A DNA stretch of 63,862 nt, filler included, from Octopus bimaculoides (GCF_001194135.2; 7 parts of 6 records of this genome joined end to end with filler, not necessarily neighbours in it), one strand, 5' to 3'. Positions 27,165 to 40,347 are shown, numbered from the whole stretch's first letter. Program-made: numbers and translations. The notes: generated by a model not told the origin, from the letters alone.

Positions 27165-27895
27165 TTTGGTGGTCATCTTGCATCGTCCCCTCTCATTCAG
27201 AACCCCTACAACAAAATATAATGATCAGGTATGGAAATGACTCCAACAGGGCCAATGTCTCATCTGTAAAAAACACAATGAGAAACATTCACTTATAAGT
27301 TGGCAATTAATAGAAATTTACAAAAGTTTAAAATGGATGAAGTCTTTTGCATGGTACTGTATATGTATATATGTGTGAAGCTTGTTTTTTGTTGCTAATA
27401 TGTGGGTTGGTTTTGCGAGTTATGATGGTTTCTTTTATTCTCAGGTTCCCAATGTTCCATTCTGTGATTTCAATGGAAATCCAGATGTCTTGAGTGTGAC
27501 ACATTTGTAGGTGTATTTTGAGGGAAGAAACAATAGCACAGAGGTGTTTTTAACCCGTATATGTACTTGTCAAATGATACTTTGCTTGTCCCCTATGCCC
27601 CTCTTCAGCTGAGTGACCATAACCTTGTGGGCTCATGGGTGCTGCTATCACATAAAAATGTACCCATGTCAGTGCCATGTAAAGAGCATCTATGTCAGTG
27701 TCACACAAAAGCACCTGTACCAGTGTCGCGTAGAAGCATCCAGTACACTCTGCAAAGTGGTTGGTGTTAGGAAGGGCATCCAGTCATAGAAACCATGCCA
27801 AAACAGACATGGAATCCAGGCAACTCTTCAGCTGGCCACCTCCTTTCAAACCATCGAATATATATGTTAGCATGGGAAACAGATGTTAAATAATG

Positions 27896-28188
27896 GCGAT
27901 GATGATGTTGATGATGATGATGATAATGATGATAGCAATGTCGACGATGATGATGTCGACAACAATGATGATGTCGATGACAACGATGATGACAATGATG
28001 ATGACTATGACGATGAAGATGACGATGATGATGATGATGATAGCAATGACAATATCAACGATGATGATGTTGATGACGACGATGATGATGACGATGACGA
28101 CGATAAAGATGAAGATGACATAGACAAGAACGACGGCGATGATGATGATGACAATAATGATGATAGCAATGACAATATCGACGACGAC

Positions 28189-28219
<31 letters not shown>

Positions 28220-28464
28220 GCAATGACAATGTCGACGATGATGATGATGACAACGATGATGATGATGACGACAATGATGATGATGACAATAATGATGATA
28301 GCAATGACGATGTCAACGATGATGATGACGACGACAACGATGAAGATGACAATGACGACGACGATGACAATAATGATGATAATGATGATGATAGCAATGA
28401 CAATGTCGACGACGATGATGATGAAGACGATGATGACGACGACGACGACGATGATGGTGATGAT
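27896..28464. repeat. Expanded (GAT/GAC/AAT)n array at the 3' tail of a family D retroposon
   Basis: Follows the family D tail (ttaggaagggcatccag..catggga..gatgttaaat) at about 27640-27895; cassette gatagcaat recurs six times. Confidence 0.9.
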
Positions 28465-28865
28465 TCTCATGTACATTGCTTTAGTGCATTGTTTGCATAT
28501 ACTCTCTCAGCACTTACATGTGGGCAAAGTCTGCTTGTGGTTCGTTGTTTGAATTTCAACTGACTAAGGAAATGGGCTCCCAGTCAGTTATATACGTGCA
28601 TAGCCTGCTTTGTCAAGTTTCAGCTTGTTATGTGAGCTTAATTTTCTGCAGAAAAACCACTCGTTATTCAATTTATTTGTTTAGATAACCATTCATGTTT
28701 GAATATTTCACTGTTTGCATCGTCATTTCCTGCTATCTGTGCTTCCTGCAGAATGCATGCTAACAAGAGACAGTTGCCCCCACAGTTCGAGTCTATGTTA
28801 TCAGGCATACCTCATGTTACATTATTTACATTAGACGGATATTTGTCCTCATCTTGTTTGTTGTT

Positions 28866-28911
28866 AACACAATGTTTCGGCTGATATACCCTCCAGCCGT
28901 CATCAGGTGTC
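28866..28911 (-). ncRNA. Minimal type I hammerhead ribozyme (stem III mutated) in a PLE-like terminal remnant
   Basis: Minus strand GACAC-CUGAUGA-C-GGCUG-gagggtatat-CAGCC-GAAAC-AUU-GUGUU: both core boxes, a 5-bp stem II and a 5-bp stem I are visible. Confidence 0.65.
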
Positions 28912-28989
28912 TTGGGGGAAATTTCAAACCTGGGTTCTCATTCCTAACGTATTTTTCGATGTTATTATTATTATTGTTATTATTATTAT

Positions 28990-29450
28990 GTTGTTTTTTT
29001 TTCTTCTTTCTTCAAATTTTCTTCCATTTCTTGCCGAGTGTTTTCCGTACACCTAGGGCAGAGAAACTCGTTGTATGCATTCCCAGTTTACACACGCAAA
29101 TTCACAGGTAAAATATGTATTCTAAAAAAAGAATTAATAAATAAATAAATTCATGAATGGATGTTGTTTTCACAGCGATAATGCTCNNNNNNNNNNCATG
29201 ATTTTTTGCACTTCCTGTAGGGATGGTAAGCCTGGTATCATTTTCAAATAGGTTTCAGTACCTTTTTTTATCATTCCTAGAGATCCTACAATCACTGGTA
29301 TGGTAGTCGCCTTGAGATGCCACATTTTTTCAATTTCTATTAGCAAGTCTCTATATTTACTGATCTTGTCAAATTCTTTTGCCACTATACTATGATCGCA
29401 AGGAAAACTCATGTCAATTAATAAACACATCTTCTTTGTCTGACCTTTTT
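28990..29450 (-). mobile_element. 5'-truncated R4/Dong-like RLE LINE 3' end in a (TAA)n tract
   Basis: CLLIDMSFPCDHSIVAKEFDKISKYRDLLIEIEKMW..PVIVGSLGMI (RLE domain), 3'UTR and tail; (TTA)n on both flanks (28962-89, 29451-71). Confidence 0.8.
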
Positions 29451-29471
29451 ATTATTATTATTATTATTATT

Positions 29472-29745
29472 GAGTGAGAGAGCAGTGCATGCCATCAAAG
29501 TGACACTGGGGTAAAATATACAAAGCCCAGTATACCCATCATGACTACCCGTCTGATAAGGGTACACTGGGCACATGCATCACAACCATATGTGCTCGAC
29601 ATGGTGATCTCATATCAAGATAAACAGCGCATGACCTCACAGGTGGGGCCCAGTTAGAATTTTCTTCAGGTCGAGTAGCCCGTCCCGCTGAAAAGGTCAC
29701 TGAATAAGGTTTGTTTAAGGATGTTGAGCAAAACACCCATGTTTC
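29472..29745 (-). mobile_element. Unclassified SINE-like repeat ending in (AAT)n
   Basis: GC-richer block abutting the (ATT)n tract; resembles a common octopus repeat as I recall it; not classified. Confidence 0.4.
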
Positions 29746-30105
29746 CAAAGTGCAGGTATTGCTTCCCAACCGCATGATTCTGGGTTCAGTCCCACTGCAT
29801 GGCACCTTGGACAAGTGTTTTCCACTATCGCCTTGGGCAGACTGAAGTCTTGTGAGTGGGTTTCATGAACAGAAACTGAAAGAAGCCTGTCATGTGTGTG
29901 TATCTCTCTCTATTTATATATATATGTATATAGATATATTGCATGTAATGGAATCTTGCTTTATTTCATGGAATATTCTTCAGCAGTTTTGTTGTATGCT
30001 TGTGATAAAATGATGAAAACGAAGACTGTACAGCAAAGACCATCTTATTATTTTCCAGACTTTTGATGAAGGTAACATATGTAAATACGTATGTGTTTAT
30101 GTGGC

Positions 30106-30144
<39 letters not shown>

Positions 30145-30244
30145 NNNNNNNNNNNNNNNNNNNNNNNNNNNNNNNNNNNNNNNNNNNNTTAATTAATTAA
30201 NNNNNNNNNNNNNNNNNNNNNNNNNNNNNNNNNNNNNNNNNNNN

Positions 30245-30287
<43 letters not shown>

Positions 30288-31363
30288 ATGTGTGTGTGTC
30301 TGTGTGTGTGTATATATATATATATCGTTTAATCGTTTAACGTCTGCTTTCCATGCTAGCATGGGTTACTTCCAGGAAGTGATTTGTGGTCTTCATTATT
30401 TTTTTCCTCTTCTCATCCCTGTTATAACAAAATAATTTTCATCTTCTTTCACCTCAAACATTTTCAGGTCAAGATTTTTTTTTTTGCCCCCTAAATTTTT
30501 CCATCTGTATGTTTAGAGGCAATGAATTAGTTTACAAAAGAAATGTTAATTTGATATTGGTTGGATTCAACTTATAATTAATTTCAAAAGCAATTAATTA
30601 ATCATTGTATTGTCTGCCTTAAACTACAGACTATTGACGGGCTTACTGAAACATATCCCCACTTTCGTTACTCGTTTCTCAAAATGAGTCACCATTATTT
30701 CTAAACATTATCTGCAGAGATCATGCCCCCTTACATTTTTCATTTTAAGTTCACTGTTGATTCTGACATCAAACTAAACATTTTAAGTGATGTATTTATA
30801 ATAGTTACATGTATGTACATGTCTACATATACAACTACGTAAATACACAGAGCAGAATTTTGTTGATAATGGTAGTCATATGTAAACCTATTGAAATAAT
30901 TCCAATAATTCATTGCATCATTATTTTTTTTCTTCTTACCTTATAACAAATATACCAGGTAAGATTTAGCTAATTTTTCTGGGGGTTTTTTTTTTTTGAT
31001 CAGAAAATGTATTTTTTAAACCATAACTCCCAAAAATGTAGTTGATTAAATAAAAAGAAAGAAATGAAACTCTACCCCTATTTATTTGAGATTATTTCCA
31101 AATAAACCCTGGTGGCCTTATATTAGTAGTTATAGGATCTAGAATTAGTGGATATTTATTGTTTGTGAACTCTTATATTGAGCAGTTCAAATGTATTTAA
31201 TGTTTAGCATTAAATCAAGTTTTGAAAACAAATGTGTCAATTAGTATATCATTGTTCAGACGCAACCCTTTGTAAACACCATATCAATGTGGGTTGGTTT
31301 TTTTTTTCTTTTCTTCAGTTTTATTTGTTTTTATATATATATACATATATTATATATATATAT

Positions 31364-31401
<38 letters not shown>

Positions 31402-31645
31402 NNNNNNNNNNNNNNNNNNNNNNNNNNNNNNNNNNNNNNNNNNNNNNNNNNNNNNNNNNNNNNNNNNNNNNNNNNNNNNNNNNNNNNNNNNNNNNNNNNN
31501 NNNNNNNNNNNNNNNNNNNNNNNNNNNNNNNNNNNNNNNNNNNNNNNNNNNNNNNNNNNNNNNNNNNNNNNNNNNNNNNNNNNNNNNNNNNNNNNNNNNN
31601 NNNNNNNNNNNNNNNNNNNNNNNNNNNNNNNNNNNNNNNNNNNNN

Positions 31646-31687
<42 letters not shown>

Positions 31688-33080
31688 TTATATATATATA
31701 TATATAATATATATATATATTTATACACATGAATATACACACACACACATATATGTATTTATATATGATTTTCATCTACATTGGACTAATGAGGAGCTCA
31801 TCACATTTTTCTGAAGGTTTTTTTTTTATTAAAATTGCAGACCGACATTCTGATGAGTGACCTTTCATTGTCTCAGTAAGATTTCTTGATAGTAAGTACT
31901 TCAGCTGTCCACCTTGACTTGTTGGTGTTGTACAGATTTTGCTAAATTTGAACCTTAGCAGTTAACTAAGGAATGAATTGTGTCCTGCTTTTCTTGTTAC
32001 TTAAAAAAAAATAATCTACAACCAAAACTGTACTGCTTAGCTGTCAAAATGGTATGTCATCAGTATGCCATGAATACCCAACTTTGGTGGCCACCACTTC
32101 TAAATATGAACAGAGTGACTGATCAATAAAAAGAGGAGAAAATAATGCCACAAAAAATAATTAAAAAAAACCCACCTATCAAAAATGTCTCTATATATTA
32201 TTTTGATGTTTTCTCTCAATTACTATATATATCATCATGTTTGTAACGATGTTTGCATGCAAACATGTTCATACATACAGAACTGGATACCTATAAAGAT
32301 ATATTGTATAGCAGTGTAAATAAACAACTGTTTTTTACATTAGAATATAACTATGAAAATATTATTGCTTATTCGACAAAGAGAATCTATTTGTATTTAT
32401 GTATGTATGAATGTGTATCTGAAGGAGTGTATATAGTACACACACATACATATATGTGTGTATTTTTGTATTTATTTCCAAACGAATACAATGAAGATGG
32501 GCACACACACAGAGACACACACACACACATACATACAGGTATATCAAAAACCATACAATACAAATTCTTGAGTTATTAAAATTATCTCCACCTCTAAAGG
32601 ATGTATCATAATTACTAAGTTGGCAATTAAGACCCGCTCCACTTGAGAAGGGTGATAATCTCATGAGATAATCATATATATATATATATATATANNNNNN
32701 NNNNNNNNNNNNNNNNNNNNNNNNNNNNNNNNNNNNNNNNNNNNNNNNNNNNNNNNNNNNNNNNNNNNNNNNNNNNNNNNNNNNNNNNNNNNNNNNNNNN
32801 NNNNNNNNNNNNNNNNNNNNNNNNNNNNNNNNNNNNNNNNNNNNNNNNNNNNNNNNNNNNNNNNNNNNNNNNNNNNNNNNNNNNNNNNNNNNNNNNNNNN
32901 NNNNNNNNNNNNNNNNNNNNNNNNNNNNNNNNNNNNNNNNNNNNNNNNNNNNNNNNNNNNNNNNNNNNNNNNNNNNNNNNNNNNNNNNNNNNNNNNNNNN
33001 NNNNNNNNNNNNNTATATATGAGTTAGTTGAAAAACAATCTGTAGTTGAATTGGGCAGAGGACTTTATTTGCTATTTTGA

Positions 33081-33138
<58 letters not shown>

Positions 33139-34700
33139 ATGCATACATGCATGTGTATGTTTGGGGGTATGTGTCTGGTGAATTTTTGGAGGCTTGATTT
33201 GAGAGAAAAGAAAGAAAAAAGACAAGAAAGGAAGACAGAAAGAAAAAAATGGTGTCATTTACTGGAATGGTTGAAATTGCCTTAGATTTTTGGTCAGTTG
33301 TTATGTTACACAACTGGGCAACATGCCATTAGATACATGCATATATATATATATATACATACATACGTATAGATTCAAAATAACAAAGAAAATCTTCTTC
33401 CTGATTCAACTCCAGATTGTTATTCTACTCATATATATATATATATAAAAGCCATAAATTTTCCGTAAAAAAACAATCCATGATGAATCTCTCAAAAGAA
33501 ATGAAAACACTAAATAAATATTTATCCAAAATCTTACCTCCCTCCTTTTTCTTAATATTTAAAATCTGTACACCACTCCAAACAATCAATACATACATAC
33601 ATACATGCATATAATGACATATATACTTATATGTTAATTTTATTCGATTTTGTTTGTAATTTAGACACTCCTATTCTGTATTCAACTTTTCCAGTTTCAT
33701 GATAATTCTTGAAAATTGCTTTGTTTTGCACAATATGTTATAGCATAAGGACAATATTCCATTTTTCTCCACCTGACCACCACATTGTGCTTCTTATGCA
33801 TAACAACAGACCTTCTGAGGGATTTGCAGCTCTTTAAGGCAGTTTGATTTTGATCTGATAGCTTTTCATGAACCTTTCGAATTACTGGGCTAATTTTTAA
33901 ACGACCATGAGTTTTACTCTAAAAGTAATAAGCAAAACAAACATGATTCACAGGTTTGGCAGTGTTGTTAAATAATCCACTTAGCAACTATGCAATTTCA
34001 GGTTCAGTTCCACTGTGTGACACCTTGGTCAACTATCTTCTACCACAGCTCTGTGTCAACCAAAACCTTGTGAATGGAAGTTCACTTGAAAACTATAGAA
34101 CCTGATGAAATAATGTTCCATGTGTGTGGTGGTATGTTGAATTAATTTTTTGCTTGGTTCAACACCACCACCACTACCACCACCACTTGGGCATGTGGTA
34201 TTTAGTTTTGGCTCATTAGATTCAGAGATCAAATCTCATTGAAGCCAACATTGCATTTCATCAGTTCAAAATCAAAACTAATCAAGAATGGGGGTCTATT
34301 TAACTGACCCTTTCATGAAAAATTGCTGGCCTTGTGTGTATGTTAGAAATAAATGTTGTTAACTATTATTATCCAGCCAGGATCAACTTAGGTGATGGAC
34401 TAGCAAAATCGTTTGTGCATCAGATCAAACATCTATGGTGTCTTGTTACACACCTTCTAATTTTAACTTAAAACACCTGCGCACATCATTTGTCTTACAT
34501 CCACCAAAGATTGATAAAATAAAGTGCCAGTCAAGCCTAGGGAGTGCTTTAAAATTCCTGTAATGTATCCTAATCATGAATGGAATTACAATAGAATATT
34601 AAAAAGGGGACCTTGCTTTTCATCTTCCAAGGTCAATGAAATAAATACCACATCAAATATTGCAATGGTGTGTGTAGTGGTGGGCAGGGACCAACCTAAT

Positions 34701-35100
34701 AGGAGTGGCTGTGTGGTAAGTAGCTTGCTTACCAACCACATGGTTCCGGGTTCAGTCCCACTGCGTGGCATCTTGGGCAAGTGTCTTCTACTATAGCCTC
34801 AGGCCGACCAAAGCCTTGTGAGTGGATTTGGTAGATGGAAACTGAAAGAAGCCCGTCGTATATATGTATATATATATATATATATGCGTGTTTGTGTGTC
34901 TGTGTTTGTCCCCCTAGCATTGCTTGACAACCGATGCTGGTGTGTTTATGTCCCCGTAACTTAGCAGTTCGGCAAAAGAGACTGATAAAATAAGTACTAG
35001 GCTTACAAAGAATAAGTCCCGGGGTCGATTTGCTCGACTAAAGGTGGTGCTCCAGCATGGCTGCAGTCAAAAGGCTGAAACAAGTAAAAGAGTAAAAGAG
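34701..35100 (+). mobile_element. SINE family A, full length
   Basis: Same head, body and tail as the copy at 20040. Confidence 0.85.
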
Positions 35101-35552
35101 TAATATGCGTACATATAAATGTGTGTGTATAGATGCATACATATACAAGCATACATATATGATAGTCTTTATACTCAGGCTATTCGAGTTTCAAGCAAAT
35201 ACATGATGGTCAGTTGTGTTCAGGGAAGAAGATGTAATAATTGACTGCATCAACAAATGGACATTAATATGGCTATGAGGAAAGTGTGAGATGAATGGTC
35301 GAAAATGAAAGTACTTCTATCAAATAAAATAACAAATTGTTGATGCCGTCAAAAATTGCATTTTACCTGACAACAGTCAATGTGCATATGCAGGAAACTT
35401 AAGTGACAGTTCCTCTATTTTGGGTAATGTACGAAGACCAATTTTAAACTCTTCTATGAGTTCTTGCCCCAGCATGGCCACAGCTTTGAGCTGAAACCAA
35501 TAAAAGAATAAAAGAAAGAATACACTGGCATAACATATATAAATTCAAAAAT

Positions 35553-35596
<44 letters not shown>

Positions 35597-37182
35597 ACAC
35601 ACACAAATACATATTCATTATATATGTATATTATATATACTATATAGCATATAATATATAAGTATTATATGCATATAATATATATATATATATATATATN
35701 NNNNNNNNNNNNNNNNNNNNNNNNNNNNNNNNNNNNNNNNNNNNNNNNNNNNNNNNNNNNNNNNNNNNNNNNNNNNNNNNNNNNNNNNNNNNNNNNNNNN
35801 NNNNNNNNNNNNNNNNNNNNNNNNNNNNNNNNNNNNNNNNNNNNNNNNNNNNNNNNNNNNNNNNNNNNNNNNNNNNNNNNNNNNNNNNNNNNNNNNNNNN
35901 NNNNNNNNNNNNNNNNNNNNNNNNNNNNNNNNNNNNNNNNNNNNNNNNNNNNNNNNNNNNNNNNNNNNNNNNNNNNNNNNNNNNNNNNNNNNNNNNNNNN
36001 NNNNNNNNNNNNNNNNNNNNNNNNNNNNNNNNNNNNNNNNNNNNNNNNNNNNNNNNNNNNNNNNNNNNNNNNNNNNNNNNNNNNNNNNNNNNNNNNNNNN
36101 NNNNNNNNNNNNNNNNNNNNNNNNNNNNNNNNNNNNNNNNNNNNNNNNNNNNNNNNNNNNNNNNNNNNNNNNNNNNNNNNNNNNNNNNNNNNNNNNNNNN
36201 NNNNNNNNNNNNNNNNNNNNNNNNNNNNNNNNNNNNNNNNNNNNNNNNNNNNNNNNNNNNNNNNNNNNNNNNNNNNNNNNNNNNNNNNNNNNNNNNNNNN
36301 NNNNNNNNNNNNNNNNNNNNNNNNNNNNNNNNNNNNNNNNNNNNNNNNNNNNNNNNNNNNNNNNNNNNNNNNNNNNNNNNNNNNNNNNNNNNNNNNNNNN
36401 NNNNNNNNNNNNNNNNNNNNNNNNNNNNNNNNNNNNNNNNNNNNNNNNNNNNNTATATATATATATAATACCTTAGCTGGAATGGGAAGCCATATTAACA
36501 CTAGCAGCATGGGAGGTGAGCTGTTTATGCTGTTGAAAGCAGTGGAACATACAAGGTTGTGTTAAAGCACAAAATTGTCTCTTCTATGAAACGTGACCTT
36601 CTGCTGGTTTCTGTAAATAAAGTAATTAAAACTCTGCAGTGTTAGTGCGGTTACTAATCTGAAAATCCTATTTAACATTGATCTTTGTCTGGAATTCCAG
36701 ATTACCATATCCTCACCATTGATTTTTCTTAGTACATTAAACACACACACACACACACACACATTCACACACACACGCATTCGCACACACAGACTCACAT
36801 ACACACGCACACACACATACACTCACTGACATTAATAATTATTGATATATTTGTTCTAAAAGTTTTACCAAACATCAAATTCAGTTTATATGTGTTTGCG
36901 TGTATATGTGTGTTTGTGTATACATACATACATATATATATATATGTATGTACACACAAACACACATATATATACATGTATACGTTTTGTTTGCAATGTC
37001 CTGTACCCAGATATGCACCTATACATNNNNNNNNNNNNNNNNNNNNNNNNNNNNNNNNNNNNNNNNNNNNTTAATTAATTAANNNNNNNNNNNNNNNNNN
37101 NNNNNNNNNNNNNNNNNNNNNNNNNNTTATGGTATATTTAATGCTTTTTAATGTTATGAACATTTTTTCATTTAATTTACAG

Positions 37183-37428
37183 CTAATCAAACATGTCCTG
37201 AGACTTCGTTCCAATGTGAAACTAACTATCGATGTATACCTCTCACATATGTCTGTGATGGTTACGATAGTTGTGGTGACAATTCTGATGAAAAACTGAG
37301 CAACTGCAAAAAATGTAATGAAACCAAGGAATTCAAATGTAAAAACAATGTCTGCATTCCAAAAACCTGGGTTTGTGATTCTAAAGCTGACTGTCGAGAT
37401 CGTTCTGATGAAGACCCCAGCTATTGTA
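37183..37428 (+). CDS. LRP2: Internal exon of a megalin/LRP2-like receptor; two LDLa repeats
   Basis: Acceptor tttacAG at 37181-82, donor GTatga at 37429; 246 bp, phase 1-1. Translation NQTCPETSFQCETNYRCIPLTYVCDGYDSCGDNSDEKLSNCKKCNETKEFKCKNNVCIPKTWVCDSKADCRDRSDEDPSYC has six-Cys spacing and SDE motifs. FxCxTNYRCIP matches megalin cluster IV as I recall it. Missed by the ORF track (no ATG). Confidence 0.88.
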
Positions 37429-37492
37429 GTATGAAACTTTTTGTTACTTTGAATACTTTAGTTTATCATCATCATCATCATCATCATTATCA

Positions 37493-37553
<61 letters not shown>

Positions 37554-37565
37554 TANNNNNNNNNN

Positions 37566-37602
<37 letters not shown>

Positions 37603-38090
37603 TACTACTAAAGGCTGTGAGTTGGCAGAATCATAAGCACACCGGGCAAAATGCTTAGCACTCTCTGCTGCTACATTCTGAGTTCAAATTCTGCTGACGT
37701 CGACTTTACCTTTCATTCTTTCAGGGTCGATAAATTAAGTACCAGTTGAGTACTGGGATCGCTGTAAATGACTATCCCTCTCACCCACCCCCCAGTTTCA
37801 GGCTTTGTGCCTGTAGTGGAAAGGATTATCATTATTATTATTATCATTATTACTATTATTATTTAGGCGGCAAGCTGACAGAATAATTAGCAAGCTGGAC
37901 AAAATACTTGGCGGTATTTCACCCGTTGCTATGATCTGAGTTCAAATTCCACTGAGGTCAGCTTTGCTTTTTATCCTTTCAGGGTCGATAAATTAAGTAC
38001 CAGTGAACACTGGGGGGTCAATGTAATCAACTTATCCCCCCTCCCTCAAAATGGCTGCTCCTGTGGCAAAATTTGAAACCATTATTATTA

Positions 38091-38131
<41 letters not shown>

Positions 38132-40102
38132 ATTATTATTATTATTAAGGTGGTAAGCTAGCAGAGTTGTTAGCATGCAGGGCAAAATGCTTAATGACAT
38201 TTTGTCCATCTTCACATTCTGAGTTCAAATTCCACTGAAGTCAGCTTTGCCTTTCATTCTTCTGGTGTCAATAAAACAAGTACCACTCATACACTGGGGA
38301 TCAATATAAACCTGCTCCATGAACTTGCTGGCCTTGTGCCAAAATGTGAAACCAATATTTTTACTGTTAATGTAGTGAGCTAGCAGAATCATTGGCATGC
38401 CAAGCAAGATGTCGCAAAACATTTTGCTTGTCTTTACATTCTAAGTTCAAATTTTGCCATGGTCATCTTTGCCTTTCATCCTTTCAGGATCAATAGAATA
38501 AGTACCAGTCATGCCTTGGGGTCGATGTAATTGTCTAGCACCTTCCCCTGGAATTGCTGACCTTGTGCCAAGATTTGAAATGAATATTATTATTATTATT
38601 ATTAAGGCAGCGAGATAACAGAATTGTTAGAATGCTGAGAAAAATGCGTTAAGCCAGGATTTGAAACCAATACAGGTCATCATCGACTTATGACCATAAT
38701 TGGTCCTGACTGACCAGTCGTAAGTCAATTTGGATATAAGTCGGCCTATAGGCCTACATAGCTTTGTTTTATATTTTTACATTCTTAAGGTACATTCTCA
38801 GGTAAAAGTCACACACAGCCTTCTGTATTATACTATTATACTGGCGTTAGTCAAAAATTTCAGAGTCTCAAGCAGTCGTCTTATAAAGAAATACGAGGTT
38901 GTCTCGGTGTCTCTGTGACAGGATAGTCAGCCAACAGAATGGCAATCAATAACCAAACCTAGGGGAAGCATTTGTTAGCAGGGGGGGGGGATAGAAAGTG
39001 GAGGCAGAGGTGGAAGAGGAGGAGGAGGAGGAGGAGATGACTAATTAATTGCTGAGCAAGACTAAAATGCAGGGAAATAAATTAACACACAATAACAAAG
39101 AACAGAAAAAAATCTGATGTCTAACCATTTGCCAGTTATTGACAGAACAATCATAGAAGGTCAATTATTTTGGATTGTTTCACATCTTCCATAATAGAAT
39201 GCAGAATTCTCCATAAGAAATCTACATCCACTCTGTTGCTAACGACAACAAGTGTTCCAGTTGACCCAACCGATGGAACAGCCTGCTCATGAAATTAACA
39301 TTCAAGTGGCTGAGTACTCCACAGCCATGCATACCCTTAACATAGTTCTCAGGGAGATTCACTGTGACAAGTCTGGCTCTTTGGATTACAAGGACAAATC
39401 ATTTTTGCTAGGTGAGTTGACTGGCGTAATGTGAAATAAAGTGTCTTGATCAAGGACACAGTATACTGTCAGGAATTGAACTCGTGACCTTGTGGTCGTG
39501 AGCTGAATACCCTAAGCACTAAGGCTTGAACTACCACATGAGAAATGTATAACTGTAGATATACACTTTAGTATATAAAATCTATATGTTTAGTTATCCT
39601 GTATTGTTGGATGATTAGAATTTATTGGCAACAATCATTAGTACAGCAGGCAAAATGCTTTGTCGTATTTTCTCTGTCCCTACATTGTCAGTTCAAATTC
39701 CACCAAGGCTGACTTTGCCTTTCATCCTTTCAGGGTCAATAAAATAAGCATTTGTTGAGTATTGGGGGCCAATATAATTGAATGAAATATTATTGGATAA
39801 GAGTATAAAAACTGCATCCCTCTGCCAAGCCATATCAAGCCAATGTGACAAAGTAGGCTCATCATACTAATATCATTTCAAACTCAGTTTCACAGCCTCC
39901 ACGTCAGACTGTGGATGGTGGAGAGAACATGTTGAGGCCTTTGTTCTGCAATGCTCTGAACATAGGCAGTTGAATCCTATCCAATCCAGTTATAGAACAG
40001 AAAATAGGCTTTTGATTACCATAGATTGTAACGGTTGAGCCTTCATTTTTACCTTCTTTCTGTTTTCTTTATCTCACTTTTTCTCTTCTATCAAAACTCT
40101 AG

Positions 40103-40347
40103 AAAACAAATATCGTGATTGTACTGAAGCTGAATTTCGCTGTGACAATCAAAGATGCNNNNNNNNNNNNNNNNNNNNNNNNNNNNNNNNNNNNNNNNNN
40201 NNNNNNNNNNNNNNNNNNNNNNNNNNNNNNNNNNNNNNNNNNNNNNNNNNNNNNNNNNNNNNNNNNNNNNNNNNNNNNNNNNNNNNNNNNNNNNGCGATG
40301 TAACCAATATGACGATTGTGGTGATGGATCTGATGAAACTAACTGCG
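40103..40347 (+). CDS. LRP2: LRP2-like exon, LDLa repeat, interrupted by an assembly gap
   Basis: Acceptor ctctAG at 40101-02, donor GTAAGT at 40348. NKYRDCTEAEFRCDNQRC-[N 40159-40294]-RCNQYDDCGDGSDETNC. Phase 1 joins in frame to both neighbouring exons. Confidence 0.82.

Noticed and set aside
27435-27500. Possible small exons (tctcAG|gttccc..., and ttccAG|acttttgatgaag|GT near 30059)
   Set aside because: Splice-like motifs only; no LDLa or other recognisable peptide and no linkage to other exons.
29640-29745. Possible HDV-like ribozyme on the minus strand
   Set aside because: Could not build consistent P1/P2/P3 pairings by eye.
38671-38730. Tigger/pogo-like left TIR (also a Tc2-like right TIR at 61768-61794)
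   Set aside because: No matching opposite end found; orphan termini are too common to support a feature.
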